A DNA stretch of 64,000 bases from Lama guanicoe. Lineage: Eukaryota. Shown one piece after another: positions 38,722 to 50,760 of the stretch (position 1 is the stretch's first letter; every line of letters begins with the position of its first letter). Under the pieces are notes generated by a model that did no database searches, was not told where the DNA came from, and was given only the letters and a program-made list of their open reading frames with translations. The DNA is taken from NCBI GenBank assembly GCA_013239625.1, contig MU053881.1, forward strand, positions 10,840,873 to 10,904,872. Reading direction: 5' to 3'. The translations under genes and the position numbers were made by a program.

Positions 38722-38735
38722 TTGCCCCCTAGCGG
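38722..38735 (-). promoter_or_regulatory. CTCF-like motif
   Basis: Minus strand CCGCTAGGGGGCAA, close to the CTCF core, with the CpG retained. Confidence 0.55.
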
Positions 38736-38859
38736 AGTGTAGTAGTATAACCAGGATCTTAAGTTGGAGTTGGAATTGGAGCAGTCTCTCTGCCCTGTGT
38801 AGGTCTTAGGATCCCCCATATCCTCCGGTTCATTCTATTTAACTGTCTGAGTAAAACTT

Positions 38860-39030
38860 TTACTTTGTCTCACATTCAAAATGTACTAGTTATAGACTTG
38901 GAACAATTTTCTTACCTTCTCAGTCACTGTTTCCTCATCCATAAAAAGGAAATATTAATACCACAGGCTGCATGGGGTTGTTGTGAGAAGTCGATTTGAT
39001 AATGCAGGTGAAGTCTACTGTACAGTGTCT
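38860..39030 (+). mobile_element. MIR SINE
   Basis: CTGTTTCCTCATCCATAAAAAGG...GGGGTTGTTGTGAGAAGT. Confidence 0.65.
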
Positions 39031-41399
39031 AGCAATAGTCACCACTCAGGAAAAAGCTCACTTGAATAATAAGTAATAATAATATTACCGGAAAATGCCA
39101 ACGTGTGAAAGAAGAACTCCACAGAGTTTCTGAAGGAGTCTGCTTTTCATTCTGATTCCTGAGGCTACGTTTGTGTGACACCTGCAAGCGTGAAACCAGC
39201 GAGGTCCCAGTCTGTGTCCCCACTTCCACTGAGCTATCTTGCAACCAGACTCTACACACTCTACCAAAACTGTTCCAGTCAGACTGAACTGGTGGACCAT
39301 GAAATGTTCATGGTATAGATCAGGACCCAACACATGACTCAATTCTCTTTTGAGAAACTGTCACTTTTGAAAAGGCCACACCAAGTGACAGAAGTAATAT
39401 GGAGACAAGTCTTATTTCACATGGCACGGGCAGATAGATATAAAGTATCTGTCCCAGTAATTAATTCCTCAGCTGCTTCTGCCTCCTACTCTCCAGTAGA
39501 TAATTCCATTAAATATGTCCTGAGCGCATATGCTAGAGGCTCTTTGCTGCAATTTACACACACTGGTTCCTGACTTCTTTCATGAAATTTTAAATGGCGA
39601 AAAGAGATAAACACTCTGATTATCTATGTGTCTGATAAATGAATGCCACAACCAAATTTTACAGCTAAAAAGGTTATTTACTTAAGTGAGACTTTTTTTT
39701 TTTTGTGCATTGAAAGGTCAGATTTTTTTTTTCCTTCCATGGCTGTGAAATTGCTTCTGCTTTTTAGCAAATCTTCTAAGACGGCTCTTCTCCTTGCAAT
39801 GTTGACAAGGACATGAGAAGGATGTGGCCTGAGGAAATCAAATGAGCAGCATAAAATCCTGGCTGGAATCGCAGGCAGCCCACAGTTTGCGGTTTTTGAA
39901 AGTCTGTCAAAAAAGTTGCGTAATATGAAAGTGGAGACGGGACTTCTGAACAAAAATCAATAGCTGGGTCTTTTGAACTGCCCATGTACAAAGTTCTAAT
40001 GAAAACGTCCTTGAGGGGAGTTTTAATAGTGGACTTTGAGATCAGTTTCACCACTGGTCTGATAACGCTACAGAGCATTTGAAGTTTTCAAAGAATTCAA
40101 GCCCTGCAAAGTTTGGCTCAGACACTGAGGATGTAAATGCCTCTGAGGGGTCTGAGAAATAGCAACCCATCACTGAAGAATATACGATGTATGTGTTTCC
40201 TGAACCGTGTCAAATTTTAGCCACAGGATACAATTTACTTCAAGGGGGTTGATAGCTCTCTAAAAAGCAGCACTCCATGTTCAAACTAATAATTGATCAG
40301 GTGCCAGGTACCTGGTAGTAAGCGCACAGGAGCGACTAAAAATGTGTCACCCAGGAGAGCTGATTAGAAGACACATTTTCTAAATGTATTTTATTTAATC
40401 TTCTGACCAGGAGGGTGTTTGTACTATATTCATTGATAGGGTTTTTTCTGTTTTTCTTTTCCTTTTTTCCTTTCATTTCATTCTTTCTTTTTTTTTTTTT
40501 TTTTTTAAATGTTCATCTCAATTCGAGCTAGAAAATTATTCATGACTCTAAAAATCACCATGGTAGCGCCAACGTACAAAACAGAGGTTAACATTTTAGG
40601 TCACTTACTGCTAGTTCTTTTGTTTTCTCATCTCTAAACCTTAAACATAAAAATACCCATTAGTTGTGGATGAAAATTTCTTACTCAGTAGATTGGGTAA
40701 AAATCAAACAAATTAAGCAGAATAACACTCACTAGCATTTACAGAATCTGGCCTCCAAAATTGGAAATGTTTCAGTTCTCAATTGAGCTGCCTTTGGAAA
40801 ATTCATGCTTAAGCTATGCTTGAAAATACCAACCTACCCACCCATCAAAGGCAAGCGAAAATGTTTCTGTGGGATGAGTAGTAAAGTGTTCTTTTTCTGT
40901 TGTTCCCTACTCAACTGTCAAATCTCTCTGCCTCACACAGAACAAAGTAATATCTTAAAAATAAAATGATCAACTAGTATTTAGAGGGTTGTATTACTGA
41001 TGTGAACTACTTTTTTAATATTAAGTATATATACCATAGCTATTTTGCTGTTAATATAACCTGGACAGAAATATTACTTTTTATTACTCTTAATTATTGA
41101 CTCAGTGTCACTATGGCTAAACTGATTTGTTTCATATTTATTGCTCTCAGACAAAGTCTGTCAGGCAAGTAGATTATTTTAAAAACAGAGTTGAGCAACT
41201 TGTCCTACACTGGAATTTAAATCCAGACTGACCCCGATCTGAATCCGAGCTCTCAGTCAACTCTTTAGCCAAACTGCCTCTGGAGACTCCGTAATCAGCT
41301 GCTCAGACTCCAGCAGAAGCAGCACAAATCACGTCCCCAGACAGTTCTGTGTGAGAAGTCGGCAGCTGTAAGGGATGCTCCGAGTCTCAGGAATGGTTA

Positions 41400-41858
41400 C
41401 CCTCTTGGACGGGGTTCCTGAGAAGTGGGGTCTGAGACAAGGAGGCTTGTGCAGGTGGCTTACTGAGAGAGTGCTCTCAGAATAAAACCAACCACCACAG
41501 ACTTACGTGGAAATGAGAGGAGCAGAAAAGAACATGGGGTAAAGCCAAGTAAAGAGGTGGGAGCTGCTGAAATCTCAGCCCAATTCCACAGGGAGCATGA
41601 GGAATACTGCACAGTTATACCATTTAACATGGGGGGGGGCATTAGCGGTCATATTGACTACTGTGCACCATGGCAGGGGGTAGGGAGGAGAATATAGCCG
41701 CAGATGTTTCTGTGAGCAGTGACTTCCATCAGGCACGGACGATTCTCCAGAGAGAAGTGTTTCTATCAGCCACTTGGTACCAATAATCATAGCAGCTGGG
41801 GGAAAGGTGTCCCGTCAAGCAAAGAGGGTATGGCTAGGGCAACAGAGCATCTGTTACA
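41400..41858 (-). mobile_element. LTR33-like ERVL solo LTR
   Basis: GGGGTTCCTGAGAAGTGGGGTCTGAGACAAGGA...GATTCTCCAGAGAGA...AGCAGCTGGGGGA...GCATCTGTTACA. Confidence 0.75.
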
Positions 41859-42664
41859 GGTAGGAAGAGAGGGTAGGAGGCTGGCGGAAACACGACGTCA
41901 TCAGTGGACTTGGATTTCCAGAGTAACGACCAGTAACCCGGAGGATGAGACTGGCTGCTGCTCTCAATCTAATACTCAAGCTATCTTTTAGTAAATGTTT
42001 CTTAACCCTTTTAAATCTCAAGTAGCTCATTGGTTCAATCTGCTTTGTGGACCAGATTATCTCTAACATGGATTGTATTTTTTTTTTAATTATGGTTCAA
42101 TATTCAGGATTTTCTCACTAGAATATTTTTTTTCTCTCCACAAACAAATGTTTAGTTAATCTGCATTTCCTGTGTCTTGGGTCTAATTATGAGTTTCCTA
42201 AAATAAGAATTAGGCTCCCGGATGGAACCGGAATTTCCCTTTTAACCATGGGAGTAATCTTCACTTTATGCACTGCCTGCTATTCACATCTGTTTAGAGT
42301 TGATGAAGTTACTGCCTACTCAACGCCTTACTCACCTGTAATAGTCTTCCTAAAATGGGCCCCAAGAAATACATTCTCTAGATCTGGAGAGTATCATCAT
42401 TTTCTCTGACAATCAATTCTGAAAAGAGGCACCATTTTGGAATCAAAATCCCCCAACTTTCATCACATCACACTTTCCTTTATGCATCTCCAGTTAGTGC
42501 CATCACCAGGGTTCACACACTTGACACGCAATGCCTGCGTTACAGAGGCTACATTTCTTTCCCCTCGACCCTCTGTACATGCTGCTGCAAGATGCCTTTC
42601 TAGAACCTCACCTTTTGACAGAATCCCCTCCACTAAAAATGAGCAACGCACACGTTTTCTTAAA

Positions 42665-42795
42665 AAGATATCTCCACACTCACACAAAAGGTAACTATAT
42701 GAGGTGATGGATATGTTAACTAGCTTAATATGGTAACCACCGCACAATGTATACATATACTGAAACATCAAGCTGTACACTTTATGCACATATCA
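42665..42795 (+). mobile_element. Short L1MA-type 3' end
   Basis: GGTAACTATATGAGGTGATGGATATGTTAACTAGCTT...AAACATCAAGCTGTACAC. Confidence 0.85.
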
Positions 42796-42977
42796 TCTCC
42801 ATTTTTCAGTTATATCCCAGTGCAGATGAAAACAAACTCAAAAAGGGAAAACAATAAACAAAACCAAAATAACCTCTCAATTTATCTTACCTTGGCATCC
42901 ATTGGCCTTAAAGAAAGTTTCAATGCCACGTTTACAACTTTACGTTGTATAAGAGATTTATGTATAAGAGAAGGGAC

Positions 42978-43165
42978 ACCATAGGGTTAAAAGCACAGAC
43001 TGTGCAGAAAGAGTGGTTGGAGTTTCCTATTTACTAGTAATTGCTGTGTGACCGCAGGGAACTTACTTCACTTCTCTATGTTTCATTTTCCTCAACTATA
43101 AAATAGGGATAATGTAAGTACCTATCACACAGGAGTTTTTCTGAGAGTTAGAGGAGTTAATGAGA
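42978..43165 (+). mobile_element. MIR SINE
   Basis: GCTGTGTGACC...TTACTTCACTTCTCT...TTTTCCTCAACTATAAAATAGGGATAAT. Confidence 0.75.
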
Positions 43166-43269
43166 AAAGGACACAGGATGAGAGGGTGTAGAATGCCAAT
43201 GTGACGGCAGGGGTGTGGAGGGAGTGATTACTATTTCATACAGCGTGGCCTGGGAAGGTCTCTTTTTAT

Positions 43270-43520
43270 ACAGTAGTTAAGAACCCAGGATCTACATTAC
43301 CTGGGTATGAATCCCAGATACATTGTGAATCAGTCTTATGATCTTTGGAAATATTTTGTTTTCCTTTTATATTTTAGTCTCTCGGTTGTAAAATGTGGAT
43401 AGAAAACATCAACTGCATAAAGTTACTGTAAGGATTAAATGAGGTGATGGATGTCCAACACTTAGAAAAGGGGCGTAACGCATGTTAAGTGCTCCACAAG
43501 TACTCATTCTTACTGTTATT
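43270..43520 (+). mobile_element. MIR SINE
   Basis: GTAGTTAAGAAC...CCTGGGTATGAATCCCAG...TGTAAAATG...AAGGATTAAATGAG...TAAGTGCTC. Confidence 0.75.
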
Positions 43521-43559
43521 AGGTCACATTTAACTGCCAACCCCTCAAAAATCTAAAAG

Positions 43560-44050
43560 AACACTACTACTCAGCCATAGCAAAAAGATGACATCTTGCC
43601 ACTTGTATCAACATGGCTGGACCTTGACGGTATTACGCTACGTGAAATAAATCACACAAAGAGAGACAAATATCATGATTTCACTCACATGTGGAATCTA
43701 AAAATAAAGAAACATAAATAAATAAACAAACAAGGGGGAGGATGTAGCTCAAGTGGTAGAGCACATGTGTAACATGCATGAGATCCTGGGTTCAATCCCC
43801 CATAGCTCCAGTAAAAAAAATAAATAAATAAAAAAATAAACAAACATACACACACACATACAAATACACAGAACAGCGGGGAAGGGGTAGGGAGGGCAAA
43901 ATGAGTAAACGGGGTCAGTTGCATGGTGACAGATGGAAACTAAATTTCTGGTGCTAAGCATGCTATTGTGTATATAGAAGTCAAAATACTATGCTGTACA
44001 CAGGAAGCTTATTAATGTTGCAAACCATTGTTACCTCAATTAAAAAAAAA
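43560..44050 (+). mobile_element. L1 3' end (ORF2 tail plus 3' UTR) interrupted by a SINE
   Basis: ACTACTCAGCCATAGCAAAAAGATGACATCTTGCCACTTG...ACATGGCTGGACCTTGA...GTTACCTCAATTAAAAAAAAA. Confidence 0.88.
43734..43833 (+). mobile_element. tRNA-Ala-derived SINE, camelid Vic-1-like
   Basis: GGGGGAGGATGTAGCTCAAGTGGTAGAGCACATG...CATGCATGAGATCCTGGGTTCAATCCCC...CTCCA then A-rich tail; TSD AAATAAACAAACA at 43720-43732 and 43834-43846. Confidence 0.9.
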
Positions 44051-46319
44051 ACTAATCTGAAAAAACACAACTTGCCCTTCATAAGGGTTTGGACATATTT
44101 GGTGAAACAATGACTTGAGGCAATGTGAGCACCCTATTACCTAGAAAGAAAGTTCTGGCTTTCCTTTTCATGAAGCGTACGATGCAATTAAAATACTTTC
44201 GATGTTTAAGGGAGAACAGTCACACAGGCTAAGGTATAATATATAGCAGGATCCTATTTCCATGGAAAAGAACCAGGGAAACTAGTTGAAAGAGAAAAGA
44301 AATGTATCTCTCCACATTAGGAATACTCTAGATTTTTTCATAAATGCTTAAAAAAGTTGTAAAGTAGGGTGCTCTCATTTTCAATATTATGAGTAATAGG
44401 ATAGTATCAGCTATTCACAAATTCAGCCCTCAAATTAATAGGCATTCTCATTGACCATTTATGATTTAGTCCCCCCAGACCACCAGTGGACGCTGAGGAT
44501 AATAGCCAAAATCATGATTTTTGACTCAAGTGGTTAGAGAATTCGACCTTTTCCCCATCCCTTCCACAAAGGAAGGGGATTCCAATGGACTGTTTCCTTT
44601 TCTATAAGGCACATGAGTCAATTCAATATTGAGCAAGAGACAAAGAAGACAAAGAATTAATCATCACTTTCTTCTTGGTTAAATTTATAAAGTCCATTTG
44701 CCCTCTTGGTGAATAGTCACTTAGCTCTAATTGAATCAGTACGTAAATACCACAACTGGACAGAAGTCTTTGGAGATATTTCTTCACCCCAACCATTAAA
44801 ATATTTTCTGCTTTAACTACAAAGTATAAAGCATGTCATGGTCTTCTACCGCTGTAGCAAGTGTTTAAGACAGAAATATAAGCGATTTAAGGACAGCTGG
44901 AAATGAAACAAGATTTTTGTCATTATTCTCATTCCACTAATCTGTTTTGAAACACAAAATGCAAATCCACAAGGGGATGCTTAATATAAAACAATGAAAA
45001 ATGAATGAAATGAATTTTTCATTATGTTTTTCAAACTAGCATAATATACAAAGAAGCAAGTTTTCTGCTCTACTAAAAACAAATCAAAAGACCACCAGGA
45101 AATTAAAATAAAACATAACAACACTAGAATTATAAAAGAAGAAATGCAATTTAAAGTCAAATAAAATGTCAATTACTTTTTTTGACTGAAGTAAACAAAT
45201 GTATTCTAGAAAGGCTAAATCTATTTTTTACTGTAAAAGAATTAGCAAACTCTACACATATGGGACACTTGAGTGTTGATGTGATTTTACAGAGAAAGAT
45301 AAGTAACAGTTATTCCACTCAGGAAGTCTTATGTAACACTGATTCTATGTCAAGTAACACTATCATGGCATCATGATCTATTCCCTATTATCTCTCTAAC
45401 TATATGGAAATCACTTGCATTATTATTATTAAATCATAATCTAGATGGTATTTAATTGGAGCCCAACAATACACTACATGATACTTTATCAAGAGTGGAT
45501 ACATCCTTCTATTATAACAAACTTTTAAAGAACACCTTGATAAATTTTCTCCCCATAGCAAAAAGCTCTCAAATCTGCTTCCAAGAAAAATCCTGATCTG
45601 GCCAGTAATCCATCAAAGATCAAAGCAATGGAATCCTACAAAGAAGCTGATCTGTACAAGCTTAGACAGGGTGGAAAGAACTGTGACCTGTGAGGCTGAA
45701 CAGAGCCTCTAAGACCAACAGCTTTAGACTTTGAAGTTGCATGGCTTACGGAAGTTAAAAAAAAAATCAGCTTATTGTGGAAGGTGAGAAGGCAGAGGAG
45801 GAGAGAGCAGAAAGAATGCATCTTCATAACTTTGAATTGTTATGGAGTGATGTACTGGTGAGGGAGAAACCAAGGACCTCAACTGGGAGGTAAACTAACC
45901 TGGTCATTTCCCACTAGATAAGTTCCTTCTAGCACCAGGGATGAGCATTCTCTCCACTTGCATCCTGTCCAACCACCATGCAATTAAACACTTGAGGCTG
46001 GTTGAGCAAGGTCTTAGGGAGTCATAAATGGGCCCTAAAATTAGTCATATTAGTTTAAAATAAAAGAAACTGCTATTTAGCAGATTCAAAATCGCTATTA
46101 GCAATGTAATATGATTGCTTCCAAAAATGGAAGATCAGAATAAAGAAGAGAGAATTAAAAATTAGATTTATGTGGGAATATACTATAGGACACCCTGTGA
46201 AGCTGGCATGGGGCAGGCGAGGTGCCAGTGGAGTGGGACCATTCAGCTTTCCAGATACCTATTACACATTTTTCACTGCACTAGCAACAGCAAATCCTGT
46301 TAACAAGAATGAATGTATC

Positions 46320-46610
46320 AACAAGTAATAGTGTGGGAAAATATGCAAGGTGTATTAAGTAAAGCAAATAAGCACATTGCTAAACTTGGTCCCATTTTTA
46401 TAAAAGTGGGTTTATTAGTGAACATAAAGAGCAAAATTATAGCAAATATACACAGGAATGTTAGCAGTAATTAACAACGATTGTCTCTGGGAGACAGAGA
46501 CTTCCCAAGGAGGCTTTCAAACTTCTGTGTTGTATTTCTGAAATGTCTAAATTTATTTTGTAACATGAAAATGTTACTTTAGTAATCAGAGAAAATAAAA
46601 ATACTTTAAA
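46320..46610 (+). mobile_element. L1ME-like 3' end
   Basis: AATTAACAACGATTGTCTCTGGGAG...CATGAAAATGTTACTTTAGTAATCAGAGAAAATAAAAA. Confidence 0.5.
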
Positions 46611-46999
46611 TTTGATAAAGCAGCGCTTATAATAAATTATTGGCTTGCCAATCACTCTGCCTTTTAGAACAAAGGGAATATGACCAAGTCACTTCTATTC
46701 TGAGCGATGCAGAACTAGCTGGGGAGGTGCCTGTAAGGGAGAGCAGAGGGCGTCTTCCAGCTCCCATTCCCTTTCCTCATCACTTTCATCATCTGCCCTG
46801 TTTTGGTGCTCACAGAATCTGTGGCATACCATGTTATCTGTGTGACTTAATTTTTAATTCCATTTTATAACTGAGGAAATGTGATGCCCAAGAGTTAGTT
46901 ACTCAGGGATATGTCCCTGAACGTAGAGCTAACAGAATTTGAATTCAGGTCTTGACACACTGTACATTAGTAAGTTCTCTCTCTGGTCTATACTGCCAA

Positions 47000-48320
47000 A
47001 TAAACTTGTTACCTTAAGGTTATGATATTTATGTAAGGGAATCTTGTGGATAGGTAAATCTACTTAAATCTGATTTCGTAAAATCACAGGGGGAAAAAAA
47101 AACAGTGGCCATAGCCCATTGTCTCAGATGAGGAAGCTACTACGAGAGTTTTGAGAGACATAAAGTTAACATCTGACGGTACAATAATGAGGATGAAATT
47201 AGGAATTCACTGAGAAAGAATTTCACAACAGGATACAAAAGGATGAGAACCTTCAGGGATGAAGAGACATGGCTGACTGGATTGTAAAAGTGGTAATAGG
47301 AAAACAGAGGCTTAACATAACTAAGCTGGTGAAGAATGCTAAAGTAACGGTCGGAAATGCTGTCATATTTAGATTAGGAACAACAACCTGGCAAAGAAAT
47401 GATGCGTGGTAAACAGTAAATACAGTCTAATACAGTCAAATACTATTTTTGCTTAATATTATTTGTCAAAAAATGATCTTCAAACTAGAAAATGTAGAAT
47501 AATAATTGAAGGCCAATTAAGTGAATAGATTATTTTAAAAGCCAATCTAAAACCGGTTCAGTTACAAATGAGTGGCATTCCAGGGCCCTGAAAGCACTTA
47601 GAAATGTGATTGCTGGCAGATGGGCAATTTTCAAAGAATTTTATACCAGCATTTTTTCCAAAACATGAAGACACTAGTACTAAACAAACTGTGGGCCAAC
47701 AAGCTTGTAATTGACTCTGTGAAAATGTCAAAAAGCATGATGTGTAGAAATTTAGAAAACCAAGGAATAGTATTCAATACCAAAATGCTCGCACCATGAC
47801 TAGCTTAGTGTACTTTTTGGTAATGGAACTAGACTGATGAAAGATTATGTTAACACAGCATACCTGAACTTGAGCAGGCATTTAACAACATATTTCATGA
47901 TATTCTTTTAGGACATGATGGAGAAGCTTGCTTTGATAATGAAATAATTAGCTGGATTCACAACTGGTACTAAATCCTTAACTTGAGGGTCTTGCGAAAG
48001 GATAGGTGACAACCTGAAGAAAATTCTCCAGTGATGTGGTGTATACAGCTCCACATCTACATTTGTATGAACTTAACCTTGTACCATTCAGCAATTTCTG
48101 GATGAGTTGCATGGGAACATTAATCTAATGCTGATTATCTAAATTTGCATATGACCCTAATTTGGAAGATATGACCCATAAAGATCTAAAATATTAAGAA
48201 TGATAGACCAAATCTAATGCTGATACTTAATCAGTAAATGTAATTCTTGCATTTTGATTTATCTAATGAGCAACTGTAAAAGTAAAGAACAGAAAGATGA
48301 AGCTTGGGTTAATTAAAAAT
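47000..48320 (+). mobile_element. CR1/L3 LINE fossil with decayed reverse transcriptase
   Basis: Frameshifted translation VNTAYLNLS/AFNNIFHDILL/IISWIHNW (~47849-47967) and KFAYDPNL (48141-48164) parallel CR1 VDVVYLDFSKAFDxVxHxIL, WIxNWL and KFADDTKL. Confidence 0.75.
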
Positions 48321-48469
48321 GTATTTGAATGTAAATATATTTATAATACATTTTATATATTATATAAAAGTAATTATATATACATATATATGAAATATCT
48401 TTTTTTTTTTGCATGTTTAAATCCATTTATTGTTCATGTAACAGCAACAAGATTTCCATTAATGAACCA

Positions 48470-48880
48470 GTTTGCTCAACTCTCAGGCCAATATCTGACT
48501 CTTAATGTCTGACCCCACTTCCTGACTCTCGGGTGTGGGGATACGATTTAGGTGAGGGTGATGAGAAATCTGCATCCCTGTAGCCACCAGGATTTGTTCA
48601 GATATAGGAAAGTAATACAAGTAGAATGTATCAAACCATCTCCAAGACTTTTGCTAGAACTATTAAGAAGAAGACAGTCTTTCTGCTAAGGTGCTGCACT
48701 GTAGGAATACAAGCCTGGAGCATCTGGCAGTTATCTAAGTAACCTCCGGGAACAACCTGCCTGCAAATCAAGACGACATAAAGAAAACCTAACTGGGAAC
48801 TGGAAGACCCAAATTCTTGACAGCGTTATTTGAAACTATGATCTAAACATGTTTAAAGCCAGAGCTCATATCTGAAGTAT
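48470..48880 (+). mobile_element. MLT1J-like LTR fragment
   Basis: GACTTTTGCTAGAACTATT...AAGCCTGGAGCATCTGGCAG...ACCTGCCTG...AAAGCCAGA. Confidence 0.5.
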
Positions 48881-49791
48881 TATTTACAATTCCAAGTCAC
48901 ATGTTTCAAATGCAAGCAAAGACAAACTGAAGAATATTACATAGTGAATTCAATCATCCTGTGATTGATTTAACGAGATAAATGAGCTAGAAAGTGCTTT
49001 CAAGCCATATTTGTGATATTAAAAAATTTTTAAATTTAACATTATAAAATGTGCATTCAAACCCAGCTTCTATATATCTGATCAGGAACACTTTGCTTCT
49101 GTGTAAAATTCTGATGAGAGGCTTGTAGCTCATTATTTAAAATACTCAATTCTTTCGTTAAATAATCAACTACAGTGTGACAACTATTTGTCAAAAATAC
49201 ATACCTTAATTCAAGTAACATGTCGCTGGGAAATTACTGTAACAGATAAAGCTATTGCACGTGTTGCCAAAATAAATTCAAGAAGTTTTAAAGAAAATTT
49301 TCAGTTAGACACATATATACAGTTTAACTCCTCAGCTTAAAAAAATTACAAAAACGGGTAATATAGTAACTTGAAAGAGTATGTTCAGTAAACAAAGTGC
49401 TACTATGATTGATAAAGAATGCTCTGAAAACAAGGAAAGAAAAAGTGTGAGTGAAAAAGAGAAAAAAGACCCCAATTAAAATGGAAATACATCATAGGCA
49501 TGGAAATTAGCTCCAGGAAACAATATAGTTATCTCTTACAGCTTATTAAAAAGTTAAACTATATGAAAATAAAAATTATTCAAATTAAACAATAATGAGA
49601 TTATTTTGCCCATTTGACAAAGATTGTTAAACTTTATTATTTTGACTCCATCAGTTGATAATTTTTTAAAGCAATTTGATTAAATTTATCAAAAGCTTAA
49701 AATATGATCATAGTCCTTGACACAGTTATCACAGTACTTAAATTTAATCCTGAAGAAAATCAGCAATATAGACAAATTCTTGCTACAGCAT

Positions 49792-49852
49792 TATTTGTAC
49801 TATTGATATTTCTACTATTTATACTATTGATATTTCTAGTATTTATACTATT
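49792..49852. repeat. 24-bp tandem repeat, ~2.5 copies
   Basis: TATTTRTACTATTGATATTTCTAS unit with period 24. Confidence 0.9.
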
Positions 49853-50189
49853 ACATAGCAAACTATCCAGAGAGCAATAATGTTAAATTAATTGGTTTTC
49901 ATTTATACAATCAGATGCCATGTAACCATTAAAAATCATGTCCTCCGAAACAAAGACACAGAATACATTCCTAAATTTAAAAAAGTAAAATTTATGATTT
50001 TCATTTTTATGTTACAAATTCAAATTTTAAGCATTTTAAATGGCTGCAAATACACTAATGCATATTATTTTTGAGTGTTTATGGTTTTCTTTTGTAAACT
50101 TATTGTCATATCTTAAGTAAATGCCCAAATCCTAAGCATAGTTTGATAAAATTCTGAAACCAATGTGCCCTTTCAGTCCCTACATAAGA

Positions 50190-50760
50190 AAAAAGGACAT
50201 TATTGTCCGTACTGCTAATACCATAAATTAGCTTTGCCTGTTTTTGAATTTTATATAAACAGAATAGTGTGATATGTATGTACACTCTTGTCTGGCTTCT
50301 TCGGCTCAAAAACATGTTCATGAAATGTCTCCATGTTGTTGTGTAGAACTTTGATTTATTTATTTCCATCACTGTATTGTAATTCATTCTATGAATATAC
50401 CATGATGTACTTGTATCAGCTCTACTGTTGATAAATACTTGCGTAGTTTCCAGTCTTTGTTATTACAAATAGGACTGCTATCAAGGTCCTCAGTGTTCAT
50501 GTCTTCTACAGCATGTGTATCTGCATTTCTTTGGGTTACAGTCTTAGGAATGGAATCTTAGAAGATGTCAATGATCAGCTTTATTAAGTAATGCTGAAGA
50601 GTTTTCCAAGTGTTTTTCACCAGTTTATTCTACCACTAGCAGGATTTCTGTTTTTTCCACATCCTTGTCAACATCTGACATTATTCTTTGCTTTTTTTTT
50701 TTAACTTCAGCCATCCTGGTGGGCTTGCAGCAGCATGTTTTTGTAGTTCTAATCAATACA
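50190..50760 (-). mobile_element. Old L1 3' UTR remnant
   Basis: TTTGCCTGTTTTTGAATTTTATATAAAC...GTCTGGCTTCTT...TTCAGCCATCCTGGTGGG. Confidence 0.7.

Noticed and set aside
39776..40078. Minus-strand 100-aa ORF as a viral L-polymerase fragment (TDFQKPQTV)
   Set aside because: One short look-alike motif with no supporting polymerase motifs
43734..43810. Functional tRNA-Ala gene (also 5434-5506)
   Set aside because: Degenerate anticodon arm and stems, A-rich tail and TSDs identify both as SINEs
48335..48400. AT-rich imperfect palindrome
   Set aside because: Low-complexity (TA)n sequence is self-complementary by composition
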